From the NCBI RefSeq assembly GCF_009914755.1, contig NC_060946.1: DNA of 64,000 nucleotides. The stretch is one strand, 5' to 3'. The notes under the pieces were generated by a model that had not been told where the DNA came from, made no database searches, and was given only the letters and a program-made list of their open reading frames with translations. Below, one piece after another: positions 34,149 through 50,394 of the stretch. Each line of letters starts with the position of its first letter. Position 1 is the stretch's first letter. Made by a program: the position numbers and the translations under genes. The DNA is from the human T2T-CHM13v2.0 reference genome, Homo sapiens.

Positions 34149-34579
34149 AGTTGTGAGTGCTAAGTTCTCTCTGGATTTTCAGGAGGCCAGTTCTCCAGTC
34201 CACAGTGGCCTGGGAGGACAGGGGTTCCTGAGGGTGAACAGAGCCTGTGCCCGGTCAGGTAGGATCGCATGTCCCTGAGGTTCAGAACCCAGGAGCATGG
34301 GGAGGGTCCAGGGGGTTCCTGCTGCATGGAGGGAAGACCCTCTTTCCACAGGGGCCCCGGAGAGCGAGAGGAAGGAGGAGGGCAGGTCAGTGAGTGTGAC
34401 GGGGTCACAGTGGAGAGGGAAGCAGAAAGAAGTGTCCCCACAACAAGACACACACAGTGTCTACGCTGAAGCTACAGAGAGGGCCTCTCCACCTGTGTCT
34501 GCCGCAAAGCAGTGGGGCGTCTTCTGGCAGCCCAGAGTCACCTCCAGATCCCACCTGCACCATGCTTCCTGCAGGGACT

Positions 34580-36199
<1,620 letters not shown>

Positions 36200-36200
<1 letters not shown>

Positions 36201-36970
36201 GTACTTACATTCTGTGTACTTATATTCTATATATTATAAAACATTATATAAAATTATACATGTATAATAAAATGTTACATAAAAATTTTAATATAATACC
36301 ATTTTACTACATATATTTCTAAATTTAATATAATGAAATTTTATATATAATAATGTATAACATTTCTAAACTTATTATAATACAATGATATATAATTATT
36401 TTCTCATATTATAATTATACATAAGGTAATTTATTGTAAATAAAATTTTATATAATCTACGTTTATTATAATAAAATTTTATTACATATAACACATTTCT
36501 AAATTTAATACAATAAAATACTATGTATAATAATTTATAACATTTCAAAATTTATTATATAATTTTATTATACAATTATTTTATACATAATTATATATAG
36601 TATATAATTGTATTTATAGAAATATAATTATGCATATACAATATGTAATTTTATTTTTACATAGTATATATACATAATTATGTATTAACAAATATAATAA
36701 TATCAATTTATATACTTATTTACATTAAGTTATATATTATATAAATGATGTTATATGTTATATGTTACATATATTTTTGCTTAATATATTAAATTTAATC
36801 TATAAAATTATGTATTACAAATAAAAGTGTATTTTACATATACACTACATATAACTTTATTTATATAAAAATATAAAAGTCATATGGTTAAGTTAATAAA
36901 ATATATTTATATCAATCTATTCATATAAAATATACACAATGCATATTTATATAAATACAAAGTATATAAA
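36200..36970. repeat. Very AT-rich low-complexity tract
   Basis: Directly visible. Confidence 0.85.
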
Positions 36971-38682
36971 ACTTTTACCAGTAGGATGCAAAGAGTTGCT
37001 GACCGTCTGCAGAAATCCTGAACCTCTGGAAGCAGAATAAAATCTTACCTCCCAGTCTGCTTTGAAAGGAACAGTAAAGCAGTCCCGAACCCCAAACCCA
37101 TCCTAAGGGGAGATGGGGGAGTTGGGATGGACGCGTTGACCAGTGAGGACTTTCCTTTGCTGGTTTTGAGGTGTCTTAGCCCAGAAGCTAAGACGGGAAG
37201 TGATTCTGGAGCAGGTGAGCTGATCACAAGCCTGAGCCAAGAATCCATGGAGCTCATAAATAGCAGAAGCCGGGACCCTGTGCAAATCCTTCTGAAATAT
37301 CCCCCGTTTACTGGGCTCCTAGGGGTGGGGAAGAAAAATTCCCTGACATTTCGGCCTCAGGGAAAGAGAGAGAGACCCCACTGGCCGGAAGCCTCTGCTA
37401 TTTTTCAGAAGACAGCTGGGGCATCACTCTTTCCCAAATGACGGTGATTTTCAGAGTGGTTCACTTTTTGGAGAGACATTTCTGCCCTGGAGATCCATAC
37501 ATATTGAACCCAAACGAATATTTTTTAATTAAAAAAAATTAAACATTAGAAAGTTCAATATTGAGGCAGCTACGAGTTTGAATTCCTCATTTTTCCTAGA
37601 TGCATGTTGTCAAAATCTGTATTGCATTTAGTAACTACTTATGTGTCTAATGTATATAAGGTTACACAATGTTTTTTTCTGCTCCTCAGGGTCAGAATTT
37701 GAAATAAAAGTTTTGGAAAGAAAAAACACTCTTGTCTGTTTGTGCAAAAATAAAAGAACCCATATTTTAAGAATATTTTAAAATAAATACAAATTTTGTG
37801 TGGGAGGGTTGCTTATAAGAATTCTTCATATCCTAAATCAAAGACAGATCTTGTTATTAACCAGAAAACAAAATGTGTGTGTATAAATGTACAACACTCT
37901 TACACTCACACAAACACAGGCACACACACACATTCACGCACTCACTGATGTACTCACACAAACACAGGCATTCATGTATAAATACACACATAAGCGTGTA
38001 TTTATAGAAATATAATTACACACATACAATATATAATTTTATTTTTACATAGTATATACACATCATTATGTATTAACAAATATAATAAGATCAATTTTAT
38101 TATATACTTATTTACATAAAGTTATATATTATATAAATGATGTTATATGGCATGTATATATCACATATAACTTTGCTTAGTATATAAAATTTAATCTATA
38201 AAATTATGTATTACAAATAAAAGTATATTTTACATATAAACTATATATAACTTTATTTATATGAACTATAAAAATCATATGTTTATAATAAAATATATTT
38301 ATTTATATCAATATATTAATATAAAGTATACACAATGTATATTTATACAAAAATTTTTAATTAAAAAATATTCATTTGGGTTCAATATGTATGGATCGCC
38401 AGGGCAGAAACGTCTCTTCAAAAGGTGAACCGTTCTCAAAATCACCGTCACTTGGGAAAGAGTGATGCCCCACCTGTTTTCTGAGAAACAGCAGAGGCCA
38501 GTGGGGTGTCTCTCTCTTTCTCTGAGGCCGAAATGTCAGGGAATTTTTCTTCCCCACCACTAGGAGCTCTGTAAACCGGGGATATTTCAGAAGGATTTGC
38601 ACAGGGTCCCGGCTTCTGTTGTAAATGAGCTCCATGGATTCTCGGCTCAGGCTTGTGATCAGCTCACCTGCTCCAGAATCAC

Positions 38683-39880
<1,198 letters not shown>

Positions 39881-39974
39881 TAGAACAGGCCTGCATTACC
39901 TGATAACGCAGTTAGATCAGACGTGATGCTGCCTGCCGAGGAGACCTGGAGGCTTCCCATGAATGGGCTTTCGG

Positions 39975-40706
39975 ATGAGAGGTCTCTGGGTGCATTTGGT
40001 GACACCCCAGGCAGTGGGGGAGACGTCCAGGCTGGAAGGCCAGCCACAGCCAGCTCTGCCCAAGGATGCCACGTCCATTTGCTTCAGTAGGATATGCACC
40101 CTGGAAACCCAGGTTCCTGCCTCTCCAGGAAACCCCACTGAGGTCAGCACATCCCCCAAGGTTTAGAAGGGGTCTCTGGGTGCATTTGGTGACACCCCAG
40201 GCAGTGGGGGGGACATCCAGGCTGGAAGGCCAGCCACAGCCAGCTCTGCCCATGGATGCCACGTCCAGTTGCTTCAGTAGGATCTGCATCCTGTAAACCC
40301 TGGTTCCTGCCTCTCCAGGACACGCCATTAAGGTAAGCACACTCCCCAGGTTTAGAAGGGGTCTCTCGGTGAAATGTGGTGACACCCCAGGCAGAAGGGG
40401 GGACGCCACAGCCAGCTCTGCCCACGGATGTCACGTCCATTTGCTTCAGTAGGATCTGCACCTTGGAAACCCAGGTTCCTGCCTCTCCAGGACACCCCAC
40501 TGACGTTAACACACCCTCCAGGTTTACAAGCGGTCTCTGGGTACATTTGGTGACACCGCAGGCAGAGGGGGGACGCCACAGCCAGCTCTGCCCGCGGATG
40601 CCACGTCCATTTGCTTCAGTAGGATCTGCACCCTGTAAACCCTGGTTCCTCCCTCTCTAGGACACCCCACTGAGGTCAGCAGCCCCCACCCCCCACCCCC
40701 AGGTTT
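39975..40706. repeat. GC-rich tandem repeat, 4 copies of 172-190 bp
   Basis: ggtctct(g/c)gg...ggtgacaccccaggcag starts at 39981, 40171, 40360 and 40532. Confidence 0.92.
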
Positions 40707-41523
40707 GTCCAGCTTCGCTGTCTGGGGAGAGACACAGAAAGACCACATTCGGTGGAATTCTGGCTATAACCTTTTGTAGCCGGCAAGAAGGATCACCAAG
40801 CTGTCCCGTTACCTTGCTGGAGCGATCACTGGTTTCACGCTTGGCCCCCGTGCAGTTAGTGCCTGGGCCAGGCTCGATTCCTGGAGCTCAGGTGAAATTT
40901 GGGCTTGGAGCTCACGCCTGCACCATCCAGAAAGCAGAAGGCAGCCGGCCCGGGCTGTACGGTTCGTAGAATCAGAGAGAACACTGCTTGCCTTCATGTC
41001 TGTACCACAATAAATCTGCCAACTGCGGTCAAAGTCTCTGGATTCCTGCCCCCTCATTTTATTTTGTCTATTACGGAGTGGAAGGAGTGAGAAAGATTTT
41101 GCTTCCTATTTTGTTTTGCAAAGCGCTTCTAAGAAAAACAACCCGTGTTCTGAAAACGAGATTCTGAGTGTCCCCTGGGCGCGATGAAAACAAACTTTGG
41201 GAATCCAAGGGCCTGAGAGGCAGAGTGAATGTCATTTGCATTTCCCTGCGAATGACAAAGTCACTTTTTATTTATTATTATTATTATAGATTCAGGGGAT
41301 CCACGGGCAGCTTTGTGACCTGGGGATATTGTATGATGCTGAGGTTTGGGGTATGAATCATCCCGTCACCCAGGCACTGAGCATTGTACATTCCTGAGGT
41401 ATATAATGTGTACTAAAAATAAAATGTATATTTATATATGCACTAATGATTCAACTTGATTCCTCGTAATTAAGAAAAACAAACCCCAAATTCTAGAGGA
41501 GTTCTAGAAATATATAAGAAGAG

Positions 41524-41958
<435 letters not shown>

Positions 41959-42066
41959 TCAACCCTTGTACCCCCGCCCCTGCTTCCTGCTCTATTAGTC
42001 CTGAGGGTCTGTGGTGCCGCTCCATCATGTCCAGGTGCAGGCAATGTTTAGCTCCCACCTATAAGC

Positions 42067-43015
42067 GAGAACATGTGGTATTTGATTTTCTGTTCCTGGC
42101 ATTAATTCACTAAGCATAGTGCCCTTTGGCTTCATCCATGTTGATGCAAAGGGCATGATTTTATTCTTGTTCATGGCTCTGTAGTATTCCATGATGCGGA
42201 AGGACCACATTTGTTTTATCTAATTGAGAACATGTGGTATTTGATTTTCTGTTTCTGGCATTAATTCTCTAAACATAATGCCCTTCGGCTTCATCCATGT
42301 TGATGCAAAGGGCATGATTTTATTCTTGTTCATGGCTGTGTAGTATTCCATGATGTGGAAGGACCACATTTGCTTTATCTAGTGGAGAACATGCGGTATT
42401 TGATTTTCTGTTCCTCGTATTGATTTACTAAGCATAATGCCCTCTGGCTGCATCCATGTGGCTGCAAAGACATGATTTTATTTTTTTCATCACTGTGTAG
42501 TATTCCGTGGTGTAGGAGGGCCACATTTGCTTTATCCAGTTGAGAACATGTAGTATTTCATTTTCTGTTCCTGGCATTAATTCACTATGCATAATGTCCT
42601 TCAGCTGCATCCATGTGGCTGCAAAGGACATGATATTATTCTTTTTCATGGCTGTGTAGTATTCCATGATGCAGAAAGACCACATTTGCTTTATCTAGTG
42701 GAGAACATGTGGTATTCGATTTTCTTTTCCTGGCGTTAATTCACTAAGCATAATTCCCTTCAGCTGTGTCCATGTGGCTGCAAAGATGTGATTTTATTCT
42801 TTTTCATGGCTGTGCAGTATTCCATGGCATAGAAGGGCCACAATTGCTTTATCCAGTCAAGAACATGTGGTATTTGATTTTCTGTTCTTGTGTTAATTCA
42901 TTAAGCATAATGCCCTCCAGCTACATCCATGTGGCTGCAAAGGACATGATTTTATTCTTTTTCATGGCTGTGTAGTATTCGATGCTGTAGAAGAACCACT
43001 TTTGCTTTATCCGGT
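42067..43015. repeat. Six-copy 157-159 bp tandem array derived from an L1 3' region
   Basis: gagaacatg(t/c)ggtatt unit starts at 42067, 42226, 42385, 42542, 42701 and 42859. Confidence 0.92.
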
Positions 43016-43087
43016 ACCCCACTGATGGGCAACTAGGTTGATTCCATGACTTTCCTATTGTAAGTCGTGCTGTGATGAACTTTACAG

Positions 43088-43385
43088 GGCTGGGCACTGT
43101 AATCCCAGCACTCTGGAGGGCCGAGGTGGGCAGATCACCTGAGGTCAGGAGTTCGAGACCAGCCTGGTCAACATGGTGAAACCCCATCTCTACTAAAAAT
43201 ACAAAAATTAGCCAGGCATGGTGGCGCATGCCTGTAATCCCAGCTGCTCAGGAGGCTGAGGCAGGAGAATCACTTGAACCAGGAGGCGGAGGTTGCAGTG
43301 AGCCGAGATTGCGACTGCACTCCAGCATGGGCAATAGAGCGAGACTCCGTCTCAAAAAACAAAAACAAACAAAAAAAAAAAAAAA
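43088..43385 (+). mobile_element. Alu (AluS)
   Basis: Alu body. Confidence 0.9.
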
Positions 43386-43753
43386 GGAAGTTTACCATGC
43401 ATGTGTCTTTTTGGTAGAATGACTTCTTTTCCTTTGGGTAGATGCCCAGTCTTGGAATTGCTGGCGCAAATGGTGGAGCAGTTTAGATTCAGGAGGTACA
43501 TGTACAGGTTTCTTACATGGGTACGATGTGTGATGCTGAGGTCTGGGGTATGAGTGATCCCATCACCCAAGTAGTGAGCATAATACCCCACAGTTGGTTT
43601 TTTCAACTCTTGTCCTTCTACCTTCCTCTCTCCCCCTAACTAGACCCCAGTATCTCTTCCCTTCTCTGTGTCTACGTATACACAACATTTAGCTCCCACT
43701 TATAAGTGAGAACACGCAGCATTCTGTTAATTTACTTAAGATAATGGCCTCCA

Positions 43754-44221
43754 CACTGTTCACAATAGCAAAGATGTGGAACCAACCCAAATGCTCATCA
43801 GTGATAGATTGGATAAAGAAAATGTAGCACATAGACACTGTGGAATACTATGCAGCCATGAAAAAGGATGAGTTCATGTCCTTTGCAGGGACATGGATGA
43901 AGCTGGAAACCCTCATGTTCAGCAAAGTGACACAGGAACAGAAAACCAAACACTGCATGTTCTCACTCATAAGTGGGAAGTGAACAATGAGAACACATCG
44001 ACCCAGAGAGGGGAACATCACACACTGGGGCCTGTTGCAGGAGGGGGGGACTGGAGGAGGGACAGCATTATGAGAAATATCTAATGTAGATGATGGGTTG
44101 ATAGGTGCAGCAAACCGCTATGGCACATGTATATCTATGTAACAACCCTGCATGTTCTGCACATATACCCCAGAACTTAAAGTAGAATAGAAAAAATAAA
44201 AAATAATAAAAATAATTAAAA
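43754..44221 (+). mobile_element. 5'-truncated L1PA 3' end
   Basis: L1 3' UTR plus A tail; 16-bp TSD aagataatggcctcca at 43738-43753 and 44222-44237. Confidence 0.88.
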
Positions 44222-44387
44222 AAGATAATGGCCTCCAGCTACATCCGTGTTGCTGAAAAAAAAAAAAACACCAAAAACATGATTTTGTTCCTTTTCAGGG
44301 TTGTGTAGTATTCCATGGTGTAGATGTACGGCATTTTCTCGAGGGTGGAGGGTGGGAGGAGGGAGAAGATCAGCAAAAACAACCTGT

Positions 44388-44700
<313 letters not shown>

Positions 44701-45181
44701 CTGCTAGGCTTAGGACCTAGGTTGATTCCATTACAAAAAAAAAAAAAGAAAAAAGAAAAAACTAACTTTTTAAAAGAAGGATCTCCCTGTTCAAAAACAA
44801 AACCAATGTCCTGTCAGGAAAGATGTTCTGTGTTTCTGGTAAAGCTGGAAGGAACCTACAGGAAGGAGTCACCCCATAAAACTAGTGGAGCAGCATTGCC
44901 TTTTGGGGTGAGGGCTGCTTCTGTTAGGCCACCAGGATGAGTACCTTCCTGGGGAGTGTGGTTCATCCTATACCATCCAGGAAGCAATTCCTGCCCCCAA
45001 ATCACCCGCCAGCTTCTGCCCTGTAAGTAAAATCCCCAGCAAGCGGGCAGCAAGGAGCTACTTGCCTTGGAAGGCAGCCGAAGTCTCTGTCCACCACCCA
45101 GACTGTGTCCTCTGGGCAAGGCCAGGGCTTCCAATTGGATGGTTTTCACATTAGCGGCTGCTGTTTAGAATCATCAACATT

Positions 45182-45985
<804 letters not shown>

Positions 45986-46149
45986 TGATAATAGTGTCAA
46001 ATCAGAGCCAGTGTCTGGTAATTCCCCAAATATCTGAGAATTTTCTTTTCTTTAAGTCATAGTCATCCTGGCAGAAGGCTGTAGGTCCCTTTGGGGAAGA
46101 CTGGGAAAAAGATAAACAATGTAAATTTTTGGCAATGTAGCAGCGTACT

Positions 46150-47100
46150 TCCCCAAGATCACCCAGCCTCCCCTTCACTTAAGGGGTTGTGGGCCTGTGA
46201 ACTGGCTCAAGTCTGGGAATTGATTGAGGGTTTTAGATCTGTGTTTCATTAATTTGAGTTAGTCTTTTATTCAGTTGACCTAGAATTCTTCATTTTTTAA
46301 AGAACAACTAAGACTTTGGTACAGCCCATTAGCTCTCCCTGTGGATACCATGGATTACACAATGCTGTGGGTGTCTGTGAGTCAAACCATTCTGACTGCT
46401 GCTTTGACACTGCTTTCCACTGTGGTGACCACACCCACCTTATCTTCGGTGATTAAGGACAGCCCATGTTCCCTGCCACCCCAGGATTCAATTATCCTCA
46501 TTTTACTTAAATATCCCAGTCCAGTGGCTGCAGTTCCTGCTGTAACATTTTGCCTACTGAGAGCACAAGCTCAAAGCTCTTCCAGGATACTGGGCTCCTC
46601 TCACAATATTCTTTCTCATGATCGTCGTGAGGAGTATGTTCTGTAGACCCTCCAGTGTGAGTGAGCAGGTCTGACATAATAAATCCAGTCTCCGTGAGTT
46701 TTTGCATACCTTTCTGTACACATAAACCAAGGAAGTTGTGGCATCTCAACTTTATGTACCTTAGGTAAACTCTGATTCTGTTTCAGCCAACCAACCAAGT
46801 CACCAAACAAATAAGCAAACAGCCAACCAATCAACCAACAAGCAAGCAACAAACCAACCAAACAACCAAGCAAGGAAGCAAGCACCAACCAAGCAAGCAA
46901 CCAACCAACCAAGTAACCGATCAAACCAACCCTTGGAGCCCTTTCTAAAGCTTAGACTTACAACCCTGAGTCCAGAATCTCTGTTTAGTGGGCCAACATT
47001 AATAAATTTAGCCGAATCCAACTTTATGTTACTTCCACCATGGTGCCACTCACTTAATATCCATTCCCACATATATTCTCCAGATTTCCTTCTGTATAAA
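46150..47100 (-). mobile_element. ERVL gag-like internal remnant with a (CCAA/GCAA)n tract at about 46786-46930
   Basis: WEWILSEWHHGGSNIKLDSAKFINVGPLNRDSG and EMPQLPWF match ERVL gag motifs. Confidence 0.75.
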
Positions 47101-47104
47101 TTGC

Positions 47105-47135
<31 letters not shown>

Positions 47136-47154
47136 TATGTGTGTAGAAAGAGAG

Positions 47155-48101
47155 CATCAACTGAAAAATCACAAAATTTTATAAATTTAGAAAAGAGAGC
47201 TTTATTTCTTATAAAGGTTTGCAGTCCGCAAGGTGGCCATTATGACAGGCTGGGAAGTGTGGCCTACAGCCAAGGCCAGAGGCAGGCATTTCCAGGGAGG
47301 GAAGGAGAGGACAGGAATTTGAGCCAAATGAGTTGGCTACATATACATACTCAATAGGATATCAGAGGAGCTACATCATTTTATGAGAATACTCATAAAA
47401 GAGGTCCTAACACATGCATATTCAATAAACATGCATGTTCATTCTGGGGTGGAGACTTGACATTTAAATGTATTATAATTAGGCCCTACACATCAAAAAG
47501 TGAAGCAGGGACATAAAGGTACTCAGCCTCTGTAAAGGCTCAGCCTCTGTAAAGGCACAGCCTCTAAAACTGGCCAGAACCAGTCCATGGAGGATGGTCT
47601 CTTATCAGGAGAAAGTTACTGAAATCAGTCCCTTATCCAGAGAAAGCTGTCGTTAAGGTTAGTGGGGCAGGAGATCAGTTACTCAGCGTCTGTGAACTGG
47701 GTGAGTTGTAATTGTTTTAATCTTGCTTCTCTCACAGCCAGTGCTTGCTTGGCTGCTAGAGAAAAATAAAACCCATGTGGTAGTTAGAATCTAGTTAATT
47801 CTTTAAGAGTAGGGTACAAGACTTAACCCTCGCCTGGCATGGCCCTAGGCCCTGTTTATAATTTGAGGTCTTATTGCCACAAAGAGTCTGTTCTGTCAGT
47901 CTCATGATCTCTATTTTAACATTAATGCTGCTCAGTTGTTGGGTCTAAACCATAAGAGGGAGGGAGGTACAGGGAGGTATGTCTGACCTCCTGTCCTGTC
48001 ATGGCCGAGAACTGAATTTTAAGATTTATTTGAGGTTCCGTTGGCCAACAGGGGGTCTGTTAAGTCGGGTGGGGGGCTTAGGATTTTATTTTTTGTTCTC
48101 A
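47155..48101 (-). mobile_element. ERV1 (MER4-group) LTR
   Basis: ctttatttcttataaagg, catgcatgttcattctggggtggagacttgacattt, gggggggcttaggattttatttt. Confidence 0.6.
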
Positions 48102-49959
48102 AGGGAGATAAAATAATTTAATCCATTGGCCTCTGTGACTGTGGGACTAACATGGCTATGATCTGTCGGACAGACTTCAGGCTGGCACCCAGGCAAAATT
48201 CTATGCTGTAGTAAATGCATCATGCACATTTGTAACAACACGTACATAACAATGTCACAAAATACTTTCACGGTGACACCTAGATTAGTGTTTTATTGAA
48301 TAGCTGATGACATAAACTGTCTCATTTGGTGCCAAGACTGACCATCACCAGCATACCAAGGTCATCACTGATCAGAGGTCTAACCCAAGGAGGGGGTCAT
48401 GTGCAGGCCCAGCGGTGGGGAGGAAAGATGCTGCAGAGGAGATGGATGCCCACAGAGGCCCCTGAGCGGATACCATGCTCACTAAGTGGTAAGTATAGAC
48501 TCAACGTAGGCTGTAAGCTCTCCCCCTGTGTAAATGGGACCCCGTACACTTGAGAGTCAAGGGTCTGTTTGGGTGGCAGGGATAGCCACTTCTGAAGGTA
48601 GAAAGGAAAATAAGCCACCAAATTGGTACCTTTCTGTGAAATGGACATCGTGCTCAGAATCTCCATTTTCCCCACAACCTGGAGGAGTAAGTACTGTCAT
48701 CTGCATTTTGTAGCTGAGGAATCTGACTCAACAAAATTAAATTACTCGCCTAAGCAATTAGCAATCAACCAAGTCTTTCTGACTCAGAAACCCAGCTATT
48801 GCCTGTTCATATCCAGCCCCTGTATTGGGGTCAAGATCTGGCCTGTTCTCAATGCAGCAAGATCCAGGCAGATCACACTGGACTCCCAGCACTGAATCTG
48901 GCTCGAGGGGACATCAAATTTGACTGGGTCATGGGGCTCAGGAGCATCACTCTCAAAAATAGCAGTACAGGAAGAGGCAATGGCCCTAAACAGCATTTGC
49001 AGGCAGATCCCATGTTAATCGTAAGGGTCAGGACTCTCTCACTTTTCTGTCTCTCTCTCTGTCTCTCCTCTAGGGCTGACCCCACATTGGACACCACTGC
49101 ATCCATGTCCATCACAACACAGCTGTCTTTTCTTCTGCCTGCTTATGGGAAAGTCCCCTCCTCTCCTCCATTTTCTTCTCTTCCTGCCCTATCACACTGT
49201 GCACTTCTCCCTTTCCTTAAAGAACCACCATCAACTTTAGGAGGAGGGAAAGGGGTGGCTCTGGGAGGAAAAGCCAGAATCCCCTCTAGCCAGCAGAGAG
49301 AGAGGAATGGCTGCATGTTTTCTCCCCCAATCCAAGGCACTAGGTTTTGGCTAGGTTGCAGGTTCCAAGCTGCTCTCCTGCTGTGTCGGTGAGTTCTGGT
49401 TAACCTGCAACCTCCTGATGTGGCCACTGCAGTTCATCGAGTCTTCAGGGACTCCCCATGGCCTGGAGTACTTTGCCTTGCTTACACGGGAGAGGAGAAT
49501 GGATTTATAGAGAACATCATCTAAATCCAACTTGACCATTGTGTGGCCACACTTGCTAGATTGCTATAGTCTAAATCTAGCATTGTAGAAAGACGGGGGA
49601 GCTTGGAGCTGCACAAACCCAGGTCTGGAACGGGCTCCTTACCTTGGAAGGTGAATGATCCTGGTAGGACTCTTAGCCTCCCTGGGCCTCAGTTTCTTTA
49701 TCTGTTTCATGGGAATGAGGATCTCGGCTGGTTGGTTGGGTGATGCGGGGGCTGTGTGAAAACAGCTTGTCAATACAAGCTGAAATAGAAATATTTCTCC
49801 ACAGAGTATGAAGGTCAAATGAGAGAATACATTTAAATTAAATGGAAAATTAAAATGGCAAAAAAGGCAAAGCTGTATTGAAAGTTCCGAGCTTCTCTAT
49901 AAGGAGCTTTTTGACTATGTAAGAATCCTGTACTCGTTCCCCCTAAATATAAAAAAAAA

Positions 49960-50255
49960 ATGTTGAAGGAGGCAGAAGGGAGAGTGATGCACGATGGGCG
50001 AGGACTTCACCTGCTGTTGCTGGCTTTGAGGATGGAGGAAGGAGGCCACAAACCTAGAAGCTGGAGCCCCTAGAAGCTAGAAAAGGCAGGGACCCGATTC
50101 ATCCCTTGAGCCTCCAGAAGGGACATAGCCCTGCCAGCACCTTGACTTTAGCCCAGTGAGATCCTCTTAGGACTTTTGGCAACCAGAACTATAAGACAGA
50201 AATGGAAGCCACTGAGTCTGTAGCTGTTTGTTGCAGCAGCAATAGAAAACTAATG
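49960..50255 (+). mobile_element. MLT1 (MaLR) LTR fragment
   Basis: ctagaagctagaaaaggcagg...gagcctccagaaggga...ttgttgcagcagcaatagaaaactaat. Confidence 0.75.
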
Positions 50256-50275
50256 CAGAGCCCAAGAAATCACTG

Positions 50276-50394
50276 GTGATGAGATGGGGAAGTGGGCTCA
50301 GGAGGTCTGGATCTGTGATGAGATGGGGAAAGTGGGCTCAGGAGGTCTGGATCTGTGATGAGATGGGGGAAGTGGGCTCAGGAGGTCTGGATCT
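50276..50394. repeat. Three-copy 39-40 bp minisatellite
   Basis: gtgatgagatgggg(a/g)aagtgggctcaggaggtctggatct at 50276, 50315 and 50355. Confidence 0.92.

Noticed and set aside
48799-49392. 197-aa ORF
   Set aside because: Non-ATG start, no recognisable domain, includes low-complexity CT sequence.
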